Shown here: positions 1 through 7,670 of the stretch, one piece after another
Position numbering within the stretch: position 1 is the first letter of the stretch
Layout of the letters: every line of letters begins with the position of its first letter
Translations under genes and position numbers: made by a program
NCBI GenBank assembly: GCA_000025185.1
Contig: CP001848.1
Span: 3,870,001-3,902,000, forward strand
Reading direction: 5' to 3'
Length of the DNA: 32,000 nt
From: Pirellula staleyi DSM 6068
GTDB lineage: Bacteria; Planctomycetota; Planctomycetia; Pirellulales; Pirellulaceae
The notes under the pieces: generated by a model
Told to the model about the DNA's origin: nothing
The model's database searches: none
Seen by the model: the letters and a program-made list of their open reading frames with translations, nothing else

Positions 1-689
1 TAGAGCTTGCCAGCACGATAGTTGGCAGGGCGGCCAGCATCTTCCGAGACCAAAATCGTGTTCGAGCTGCCGTCGCGAATCTCGGTCAGATTGACCGTCA
101 CGTTCACTTGCAGAATGCCGTTACGCATCACACACACATCGGCGAAGCCTGCCGCTTCGAGGGCCGAGTCGTAGCCATTGTTCGGTGCGTAGTCGCCAGC
201 GGCTGCTTTCACCACCACGCTATTCACAGTCTTCTCGTAGAAGCGTTCGGTTCCGCCAGGCGTGCTGGGGCAAACGAAACCTTTGAGCGGTGTCGCAACG
301 ACTGGCAAGTTTTCTGTAGCGGCCCAGTTCGCATTCATGTTGTAGCGGTCGGCCAAATTGCCTTGTTCCATGAAGGGAAGGATGAACACGGCCCACGAGT
401 GGTTGACGTTGTTCGTGGTGACGCCGAGCTTTTTGCAAACTTCCGAAGTGGCTGCGGTCGTGCCCGAGCGCAGTGCTCCGGGTGGAAAGAAGCCTTTGGT
501 GTCGTGAAAATTGTGAGCGGCAATGGCGATCTGTTTCATGTTGTTCGAGCAGCTCATGCGCCGCGCTGATTCGCGGGCTGCTTGAACGGCAGGCAGCAGC
601 AGCGCTACCAGCACGCCAATGATGGCAATGACAACAAGCAATTCGACCAGCGTGAATGCGCGGCGATTGCGATAGGTGGTGGAGTTCAT
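1..689 (-). CDS. DUF1559 / H-X9-DG family protein with prepilin-type N-terminal motif (partial; C-terminus lies beyond window start)
   Basis: Absent from the ORF track because no stop lies in the window. Hand translation from ATG 689..687 gives MNSTTYRNRRAFTLVELLVVIAIIGVLVALLLPAVQAARESARRMSCSNNMKQIAIAAHNFHDTKGFFPPG... It stays open to position 1 (...IRDGSSNTILVSEDAGRPANYRAGKL). Clear paralogue of 743..1630 and 25728..26708. Confidence 0.85.
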   Translation of the reverse strand, partial: MNSTTYRNRRAFTLVELLVVIAIIGVLVALLLPAVQAARESARRMSCSNNMKQIAIAAHNFHDTKGFFPPGALRSGTTAATSEVCKKLGVTTNNVNHSWAVFILPFMEQGNLADRYNMNANWAATENLPVVATPLKGFVCPSTPGGTERFYEKTVNSVVVKAAAGDYAPNNGYDSALEAAGFADVCVMRNGILQVNVTVNLTEIRDGSSNTILVSEDAGRPANYRAGKL

Positions 690-742
690 TTCTCGATTAG
701 TCCCAAGCAAGAGTTTTATGTATTGGTGCGATCGGTTCGGTT

Positions 743-1630
743 TTAGAATTCGGAGAGAGGCTGGCCGTCGTTGATCAGCATCAAGCGGCTCCAGTTGTCC
801 GAAGTTATCGTGTAGGTGATGTTGCGCACCGAACCGTCGCAGAGGGCGGCGTTGAAGACGTTGGGATGCGAGCTGCCAAAGCGGACCGACCAGAAGGTCG
901 ACGAGGCCGAGGTGGGGTGCTTGGAGTCGGGCTGCGGAACAGCTTCCGCCAGACGAATGTGATCTTGGTCCCAGCCCGAGTTGTTCCAGATTTCGTTATC
1001 GCCACCAGCGCTTCCCAGCGTCGTGACGTGCACCTGCTTCTCGGCGATCATCAGCGTTTGGCTGGTGCCATCGACCAGGTCGGCCATGCGGCGGAACTGT
1101 TCCACCGGAGCATTGGCAGCCTTCGACGTGCTGGGGCTCTTCCACTGGCGAACCATCACACCCTGCAGCCCCTCGGCTGCCATGCTCTGACCACCATTGC
1201 CGGCGTAGTCGCTGCGAGCTCCGTTGGAGTACACAGTCGGCTGACGACGCGATGGGCAGTAGAAGATCGGAATCGCGGTCTTCGCCACCTGTGTGTTGCC
1301 AGCGGTGTCATCGGGCAGGTCGTAGACGTTCTTCTGTTCCATAAAGGGGGTGAGGTGAAACATCCAGGTCCAACCTTGGCGGATGTTGGCGTTGCAGCAG
1401 TCTTTGTTCGGGCCATCGCTGCCAGCACCTGGAAAGTAGCCGTGGATGTCGTGGTGATTGTGCATGGCGAGCGCCATTTGCTTCAGGTTGTTCGAGCAAC
1501 GCATGCGAGCTGCAGCTTCGCGGGCGGCTTGAACGGCTGGGAGAAGCAGAGCTACGAGGACGCCAATAATGGCGATCACTACGAGTAGCTCTACAAGGGT
1601 GAATGCAGGGCGGAGAAGGCCTTTTCTCAC
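743..1630 (-). CDS. DUF1559 / H-X9-DG family protein with prepilin-type N-terminal cleavage/methylation motif
   Basis: 295 aa, GTG start with GGAG 9 nt upstream. N-terminus MRKGLLRPAFTLVELLVVIAIIGVLVALLLPAVQAAREAAARMRCSNNLKQ. C-terminal H-X9-DG signature SSHPNVFNAALCDGSVR. This family is hugely expanded in Planctomycetes. Confidence 0.9.
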   Translation of the reverse strand: MRKGLLRPAFTLVELLVVIAIIGVLVALLLPAVQAAREAAARMRCSNNLKQMALAMHNHHDIHGYFPGAGSDGPNKDCCNANIRQGWTWMFHLTPFMEQKNVYDLPDDTAGNTQVAKTAIPIFYCPSRRQPTVYSNGARSDYAGNGGQSMAAEGLQGVMVRQWKSPSTSKAANAPVEQFRRMADLVDGTSQTLMIAEKQVHVTTLGSAGGDNEIWNNSGWDQDHIRLAEAVPQPDSKHPTSASSTFWSVRFGSSHPNVFNAALCDGSVRNITYTITSDNWSRLMLINDGQPLSEF

Positions 1631-1909
1631 GGACGGTGCTCCTAACGGGGAGTATGGTAGACGGATGACCGTATGTAACCGTATCCACGGGCGTGATGTA
1701 CAGCTGAAGATCTTGTTAAGAAGCTGTGAATCAAGCTTTTTCGCGGGGATTCATCGAAACTTTTTTCTGGAACCGGTGTTGCCGTAAACTGCTGAAAACA
1801 ATGGTCAAACGGTCGTTAGTGTTCCGCTAAGGTATTAAGAGTATTCGGTGATAGCAGTGCAGCTAGGGTGCTGCACCCACCTCGCTGGGCGGGATCGGCA
1901 AACCGCACT

Positions 1910-1975
1910 GAGTGCTACGGCTGTGCTAGACACATGAGCATCGAGTGTGCTCGCTGCGTGCTAGAAACAAGCGCA
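1910..1975. repeat. Imperfect ~35-bp tandem unit carrying four phased GTGCT(A) motifs
   Basis: GTGCT starts at 1912, 1923, 1947 and 1958 (spacings 11, 24, 11). Each unit reads GTGCT-N6-GTGCTAGA. It lies in the AT-richer spacer upstream of the 743..1630 gene. Confidence 0.5.
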
Positions 1976-2161
1976 AGTATCCCTCGCGTGAGGACTTACA
2001 AAACAACTGCAAAGATATGTGCGAAAGCGATCGCACTTGCAGTAAGAGTTCGGAGCCAGTAGCGAGATAATCTGCGATGGCTCTGGTCTACCGTCCCAGT
2101 TCACTCGCGGCCCCACCGAAGCGAGGCGGAGGCCCAGATCGGTGGAACTGAGGGTTGGGCC

Positions 2162-2563
2162 TCATCGGGGCACCGACCTTGACCTGTATGTTGTGCCTGG
2201 AGGGGCCCAGAAAACTGCGCCGGACGGAGGCAATTCCAGGTTAGGGGGTAAGCCGCGCTGCTCCAGTTCATGGCGCACACCCTCAAGCCCCTCTTCGGTT
2301 TCGATGATGTAACCCTCCGTGAGCACTTCGCCGTAGTGCTTTTCAGTGTGGGCTCGCGCTAGCGCTACGAGATCAGCAACATCCGAACCGAGCGACCAGA
2401 TATGAACATCTTGATCTCGAGCATAGGTTCTTATGCGCCAGTTGGTGCCATTCGCCGAATAGAACTGCACCGTATCAAATGCCTCTTCGGTAGCGGTGGT
2501 CTCCGTGTCACCGGAGTAACTGCTTTGTACCGACAAAAAGAAGACTACGAGGACTGTTTTCAT
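2162..2563 (-). CDS. Small secreted hypothetical protein
   Basis: The track ORF is 2162..2581. The internal ATG at 2563 gives MKTVLVVFFLSVQSSYSGDTE..., a plausible Sec signal peptide. No family recognised and GC is lower than the surroundings. Confidence 0.4.
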   Translation of the reverse strand: MKTVLVVFFLSVQSSYSGDTETTATEEAFDTVQFYSANGTNWRIRTYARDQDVHIWSLGSDVADLVALARAHTEKHYGEVLTEGYIIETEEGLEGVRHELEQRGLPPNLELPPSGAVFWAPPGTTYRSRSVPR

Positions 2564-2774
2564 GAGGTCCAAACCTCGCATTAACTCGGCCGCAAGCTGA
2601 AAATTGACTTTTAGAACAACCCAGTGAGGCTCCGGATGAATGCGTTGCTAGGCCTAATCTGCAATAGAAAGTTCGATTAGAAGTAAAGACGACCTTACAG
2701 CAAAACGCGTAACACTTAACTCATCTTGGATACGGCGAACAAACTTGCTGGCATACCCAATAAGGCTCAATTAC

Positions 2775-3311
2775 TCAGCCGGATTCTGCTTCAGTCCGCC
2801 GTGATGATCTTGACGCGCCATTTCGCTCCAGCACGGAAACCACCGTGATGCACGCCAGCCCTACGGCCAAAGCTAAACCGAGTGCCCAGTGCGGCTCGAC
2901 AAGGATCGCCCCCGCCAAAAACAGGATGGAGGGCCCAAGAATCTCGGCCCGTACAGAACGCTTGAGCACCAAGCGGAGCAGTTCGCCAGCTGCCAAGATC
3001 GCAAGCCATCCGCCAAATCCGCGGGCTGCCCAACGCGTCGCCACTTCCATCTCGTTGGCCTCCAGCACGTTCGACACGAGGCGGTTGAGAAACTCCCGGT
3101 CGTAGGAGTTATTGTGGTTTGAGCCGTAATTCGAAGTGCCTGCTTTTGATTTGCCGAGGTAGGCGAATGACACTCCTAATGAAAGTGCGAGTAGCATAGC
3201 CACCAAGACGTAAACGCAACGTTGCACTAGATGCCGCTTCTCAGACAAAGCCAATGGTACGAATACCACGGCAAGTATGCCTGTCATTGTCAACGCCCAG
3301 GTCAGCGACAT
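2775..3311 (-). CDS. Hypothetical integral membrane protein (about 4 TM segments)
   Basis: 178-aa ORF, ATG with AGGA 6 nt upstream. Hydrophobic stretches include LTMTGILAVVFVPLAL, VYVLVAMLLALSLGVSFAYL, GFGGWLAILAAGELL and ALGLALAVGLACITVVSVL. No recognisable family. Confidence 0.5.
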   Translation of the reverse strand: MSLTWALTMTGILAVVFVPLALSEKRHLVQRCVYVLVAMLLALSLGVSFAYLGKSKAGTSNYGSNHNNSYDREFLNRLVSNVLEANEMEVATRWAARGFGGWLAILAAGELLRLVLKRSVRAEILGPSILFLAGAILVEPHWALGLALAVGLACITVVSVLERNGASRSSRRTEAESG

Positions 3312-3418
3312 TACGAATCCTTAGGGTTTGAGTAAACGCCGAACAAATTAAGTTCACTCGCCGCCGTTGCACGCTGACCGCCAGCTTTGGGATAGACGGC
3401 AGCGGGTGCAGTGGCTTG

Positions 3419-3757
3419 TTAGACGTGGTTGGTACGGCTATTCCGAGAGTTCGCAGCCTGGTAGCCGCGGCGATACGATATTTGAACTGCGTAAGCCAGC
3501 GTGACAACCAGCGAGAGAAGCCCTATCGCAAAAGCTGCTAGCAAGTTGTCGGTCTGTGATCCAAGCAGGCCCGCAACGAACTGCACAAGAACCCCAAGGC
3601 CAATCACAAACAGTTGCAAGTTCAAGGGAGCTGCAGGATTCATAACCGCCCAGCGATCATTGTCAGGTGTTTGGGGGTGCCACTGGCATCTTGCCAGTGC
3701 AGAAGCTGGAACCGATGTTTTGGGCGGAATCTTCCTAAAAACAGGGTCCGTTTGCAC
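3419..3757 (-). CDS. Small hypothetical membrane protein (start uncertain; ATG at 3643 would give a 74-aa two-TM protein)
   Basis: The ORF has two hydrophobic segments, LQLFVIGLGVLVQFVAGLL and LLAAFAIGLLSLVVTLAYAV. It has a GTG start at 3757 and no clear RBS. Weak call. Confidence 0.3.
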   Translation of the reverse strand: MQTDPVFRKIPPKTSVPASALARCQWHPQTPDNDRWAVMNPAAPLNLQLFVIGLGVLVQFVAGLLGSQTDNLLAAFAIGLLSLVVTLAYAVQISYRRGYQAANSRNSRTNHV

Positions 3758-3837
3758 TTCTCACTGGGCAGAGCTCAGTGGGACACTGGATTGGCAGCCA
3801 AGTCGTTGTTGCAAGACACGGATTGATCGATGAGCTG

Positions 3838-4920
3838 CTACGAAGCTTTGGCGGGCGAATCTTCAGCGGGTGCGGCATCGGGCTTGGCTTCAGCATCGGG
3901 CTGAGCTGGCGCTGGTTTGCTGCCCGATTTAGGTGGCAGCAGCGACCACGCTTCGAGCCACTCGACCGAGCTTTTCTCGAGCTTGTAGTCGCTTGTCAGA
4001 CGATCGGCGAAATCGGCGAGATGTCCCGCCCCATAGAAGATGCCGATCTTCTTTTTGCCGCTGGCGAGCTGTTTATCGAGCACTTCCAGGGCCTTCTTGT
4101 TCCGTAGGTTGATGATGGTCGACCCATTATCCCCTTCGAAAATGAACATCTGCCCTTCTAGATTCTCGAACTGGCCTGCCATGTTGAGTTTCATTTTGTG
4201 GGCTCGTTGGGCGGGATCGGTGGTGAAGAGCATGTCCATCAGAATTCCGATATCACCCGAGCCATTGCCCCCCTTTTGCCCAGCGGAGGCTTGCTGCGCC
4301 ATGGCTTGCCCAATCGCCCGCAGCACGGTGCGCGATGTGCTTTCGTTGTTGCTCTCCATGCTTTTGGTCATTTCTTCGGGAGTCATATCGGCGTGCACCA
4401 GGTTGTCGGGGGTGTAGTCGATATGGTCGAGTTGGAAGGCGAGTCCCAGCATCGTTTGCATGCCGACTTGCATGGCGGCAATCGGATGGGCAGGGGCACT
4501 TTTGCGGCCACCTTTGGGAATGCGGGTCCCCTCGGGGGCAACGAGTTCATAGAGCACCACGTCGTACTCGGCGAATTTCTTATTCAGCGTCTCGTAATAC
4601 GCTTGGTCGCCGATATGCACGGCCCCAATCAGGTCGACGGAGAGGTCCTTCTTCTCAGGATCCTGCGACACGAATCGCACGATGCTGGTTTCGAGAGCCA
4701 GGGGCTGTTTCTTCTCGTCGCGCCGCACGCGGAGCCAATCGTTGGGCTGTTTGGCAGCTTTCGAGTCGGCTGCAACTTCTGCCGCAGCCTTGGTTTCGGT
4801 GGGCTGGGCATCTTCGGCAAAGGTGGCCGCTGAAAAGCTCGCCACCCACACAGCCAGCGCACCGGTAAGGAGGACCAGCCGATTGCGAGCGCTGCCGAGG
4901 TCTTGGGGGTGAACTTTCAT
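3838..4920 (-). CDS. TraB/GumN family protein, secreted
   Basis: The internal ATG at 4920 gives MKVHPQDLGSARNRLVLLTGALAVWVASFSAATFAEDA, a signal peptide. Family-like motifs are LIGAVHIGDQAYYE near the N-terminus and IFYGAGHLADF near the C-terminus. The tail is P/A/K-rich. The track start at 5067 adds 49 implausible residues. Confidence 0.65.
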   Translation of the reverse strand: MKVHPQDLGSARNRLVLLTGALAVWVASFSAATFAEDAQPTETKAAAEVAADSKAAKQPNDWLRVRRDEKKQPLALETSIVRFVSQDPEKKDLSVDLIGAVHIGDQAYYETLNKKFAEYDVVLYELVAPEGTRIPKGGRKSAPAHPIAAMQVGMQTMLGLAFQLDHIDYTPDNLVHADMTPEEMTKSMESNNESTSRTVLRAIGQAMAQQASAGQKGGNGSGDIGILMDMLFTTDPAQRAHKMKLNMAGQFENLEGQMFIFEGDNGSTIINLRNKKALEVLDKQLASGKKKIGIFYGAGHLADFADRLTSDYKLEKSSVEWLEAWSLLPPKSGSKPAPAQPDAEAKPDAAPAEDSPAKAS

Positions 4921-5412
4921 CGCTGAGGGTCCTGCATGGCCAGAGACTGAATTGCGGTGCTTCGGGGAGACAATTACTACCCCACACGAACTATAAGTGT
5001 TTCGCAACCTGACAGCAAACATTCGCGCGGGATCTAGAACTTCAGCGAGCGATCCCTGGCATTCCATGAGGGGATACTGTTGGCCGCCCCAGCAGACGGA
5101 ATCTCAGCGGAAACCAAACTCTGCTGAGCACAATGAAGATTACTTCAGATACTGGGCCATCTTCGGCTGCGAGTTTTGGATAACTGCGCAAACTGCGTCG
5201 CTGGTAGCGACTGCTGCCGGTTGGTGTTTGGGCTGTGTTGGTAATTTGGGCGTCCCTACGACCCGAATTCTCGGAATCCTTTGCCTTCTTTACTCAACTT
5301 CCGCCACAGGCAAATCCGATACTACCGGCACGGGCGGAAATGGGATCTCCGCGCGGTGTCTCCCTATGGCGACCGATGTCCCCCGGGACCAAGTCGAAGG
5401 TGGAACCTTACC

Positions 5413-6525
5413 ATGTCGATGCAGCGACCGTTTGTTTGGCTAGCCGCGGTGCTGGCGCTAGTCTCATTTGGCCAAGTGGCCCACGCGCAGAGGTATCAGC
5501 CCTTCATTGAGCCTGACACCTTCCGCCCCGATCTTCAATTTTTCGCTCCGGCGGAAGTGAGTGATTTCGGCGGAGGTGACGGCCCCAATGTCGGGTTCTT
5601 TGCCGACTATGATCGTGTTTATCTCAACTGGTCCAGACCAGATGGGGAATCTTCGTTCGAGTCTCCCTTCGAAGGGGACTTTGGATGGGGTAACCGACTT
5701 GAACTCGGCTACATGACAGAAGAGGACACCGGCTGGTCGTTCACCGGCTGGCACCTCTCGGGTCCTAACGAAGGGATCCACGTCCTGCAGGAACGTCTCA
5801 ATCGTTTCAACGAAGACGATGATCCGAACGCCGACCCTGAAGATCGCGAACCGATCCTCAGCGATCGTAACCCACGCATCTACGATGTGACGCAAAGCAT
5901 CAACCGAGCCGACTTGTCGAGCTTTGAAATCAACAAAATTTGGCGTCGCAAGACGTTCCACAACGGTGGTGTGTTCGAGCCACTCGTGGGTGTTCGCTAT
6001 GTGAACATGAAAGACTACTATCGCCGCGACAGCTACAACCGCTTTGCGGAAGATCTCGTTGGCGAGATCACCGGTATTCCGAGTGTCTCGGGGCCCTATG
6101 AAGTCTACGAACAAGAGAAAGCTATCTACGACAACGTGATGCTCGGTGGCCAGATTGGCTTCCGCCTCAGCCATGTCGTGGGACACTGGAATTTGTCGGG
6201 TGAGTTCCGAGCCTTTGCTCTCCAGAACTTCCAGCACCTGATGAACAAAGATCTCACCACCACAACTCGCTACTCGGGTCTTGGCGGCGACGTCGAACTG
6301 GAAATCAAAGACCAAGTTCGCAGCCACGAAAGCAACGACGAGTTTGTGTGGGGTGGTGAAATTCGCGGCGATGCATCGTACGAGCTGACTCGTGACATCG
6401 CTGTACAGTTTGGCTTTGTGATCATGGACTTCGGTCAAGGCATCGGCCGTGGCAACACGACCGCCACCAGCGACCAAGACCTCTTCATCGGTGGTCTGAC
6501 GTTCGGCCTGACCTTAAACCGCTAG
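5413..6525 (+). CDS. Outer-membrane beta-barrel protein (BBP7/DUF1551-like)
   Basis: ATG at 5413 with GGTGG upstream gives MSMQRPFVWLAAVLALVSFGQVAHAQ, a signal peptide. The rest is rich in alternating aromatic/Gly beta-strand patterns (GWGNRLELGY, GGQIGFRLSH, GGLTFGLTLNR). The track start at 5281 is an upstream extension. Confidence 0.6.
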   Translation: MSMQRPFVWLAAVLALVSFGQVAHAQRYQPFIEPDTFRPDLQFFAPAEVSDFGGGDGPNVGFFADYDRVYLNWSRPDGESSFESPFEGDFGWGNRLELGYMTEEDTGWSFTGWHLSGPNEGIHVLQERLNRFNEDDDPNADPEDREPILSDRNPRIYDVTQSINRADLSSFEINKIWRRKTFHNGGVFEPLVGVRYVNMKDYYRRDSYNRFAEDLVGEITGIPSVSGPYEVYEQEKAIYDNVMLGGQIGFRLSHVVGHWNLSGEFRAFALQNFQHLMNKDLTTTTRYSGLGGDVELEIKDQVRSHESNDEFVWGGEIRGDASYELTRDIAVQFGFVIMDFGQGIGRGNTTATSDQDLFIGGLTFGLTLNR

Positions 6526-6575
6526 TCGCACTGCCACGGGGCAAGCGACCTGCGTTCGACATCTGAGTTGATCCC

Positions 6576-6634
6576 AAATTGGCGGCAGAGAGCTTTGTGG
6601 AACGAACTTCCACAAACGATCTGACCGCCAATTT
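6576..6634 (+). terminator. Long composite hairpin downstream of the barrel gene (possible terminator or structured RNA element)
   Basis: AAATTGGCGG (6576-6585) pairs with CCGCCAATTT (6625-6634). CAGA (6586-6589) pairs with TCTG (6620-6623). TTTGTGGAA (6594-6602) pairs with TTCCACAAA (6608-6616) around a 5-nt loop. It is followed by TGTATTTCTT, which is only weakly U-rich. Confidence 0.35.
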
Positions 6635-7036
6635 TGTATTTCTTGAGGCTGGCAAAACACAGCCCGCCTGCACGACGGTTGCCGGGCAGGTCGAGCTCTA
6701 TGGTGGAATTGCCCGAGCATCAAAATCGCAAAGCGTGCGAATTCGCCAGCGGAAGAAGCGGCCTCAAGAGGGAGGGGCCTTAAGTAGCGGATGCCGAGTG
6801 GGTTGGCATCTGGCACCAGAGGGGATTAAGTTCTGCTCCGAAAGTCCGATGGAGCTACAAGCATAGCTCCACGGCTGTGAGGATCAGGTTCGGCTGTTCT
6901 CGACGAGCTCCACTGGCTCGGCGAGCTTCGTGCCCAAGGGCAATCCCGCAACGGCGGTTATGCCCACGTTCTAAGTGACGACGGATCGCAAGATCTGATG
7001 AGCCAGTCGAGTCGACTAGCTTTCGTCGACTAGGCC

Positions 7037-7228
7037 TTATTTTGCAGCCTGGTATTTCGCATGGAGTTTGCGAAGTTCTTCGAGTTCGACACTCAAACGG
7101 TGGCGAAGGGGGCTTTCGGCACGCAACTCTTCGAGGAGTGCTTCGGCCTTCTCGAGATTTTCAGCAGGGATGTCCTTGCTTCGGAATAGGTTGCGGAAGC
7201 TACGCTGAACTTCGGCTTCGGTAAGCAA
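7037..7228 (-). CDS. Small helical hypothetical protein (63 aa, TTG start)
   Basis: Minus strand reads GAGGAGGTTTCCC-TTG at 7241..7226, so a strong SD sits 6 nt before an in-frame TTG at 7228. Product is (M)LTEAEVQRSFRNLFRSKDIPAENLEKAEALLEELRAESPLRHRLSVELEELRKLHAKYQAAK. The track start at 7309 adds an R/S/T-rich extension. Confidence 0.45.
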   Translation of the reverse strand: MLTEAEVQRSFRNLFRSKDIPAENLEKAEALLEELRAESPLRHRLSVELEELRKLHAKYQAAK

Positions 7229-7670
7229 GGGAAACCTCCTCAAGATGGCAGTCGTCCATGACCGGGACGACGTCGGCTGCGGCAATCTCCGCGATTGAGT
7301 AAGCCACAACTAGTGGTGCTTACCCATGTCTCTCGTACATCTCCAATTTTATTGACCAGAACTAGTGACGCAAGACTACGCGGCAAGAACGTTCGATTTC
7401 GCCGCATTACGCCTTCGTTATGCAACTGCTCAATCGAGCGGCACTGGTTGGCATTTCTAGGCGAAGCCGTGCCAGCAGAGCCGGTAAATTGGGGGACGAT
7501 TGTGGTCAGCCCGGGTCCGCTATAGTCTGGAGCTTGGCCCGCTGGTGGCATCGCGAAAGCTGCCAGCCGACCGTTTTCACTATCTCGATTTAGCGTCGAA
7601 TCGCCTGCCAATCTCGCGGTGATCGACGTGGCTCGCCCCCTTTTTAGCTCATTCGCGGAGGATCGCTTCG

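Noticed and set aside
590-605. An apparent 1-nt frameshift in the LLLP codons of the first DUF1559 copy
   Set aside because: This was my own mis-reading of the line boundary at 600/601. Re-reading gives GCG CTG CTG CTG CCT, and the frame is intact from 689 to position 1.
4921-5067. N-terminal extensions suggested by the track: 3838..5067, and similarly 5281..5412, 17998..18294, 28260..28439 and 22466..22495
   Set aside because: In each case an internal ATG immediately precedes a signal peptide, a TAT motif or the conserved family N-terminus, and the extension is compositionally implausible. I used the shorter gene models.
6838-6852. CCGAAAGTCCGATGG, reminiscent of the GGAAAGUCCGGGC core of RNase P RNA
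   Set aside because: Only the GAAAGTCCG fragment matches. The flanking conserved helices and the rest of the P4 region are absent.
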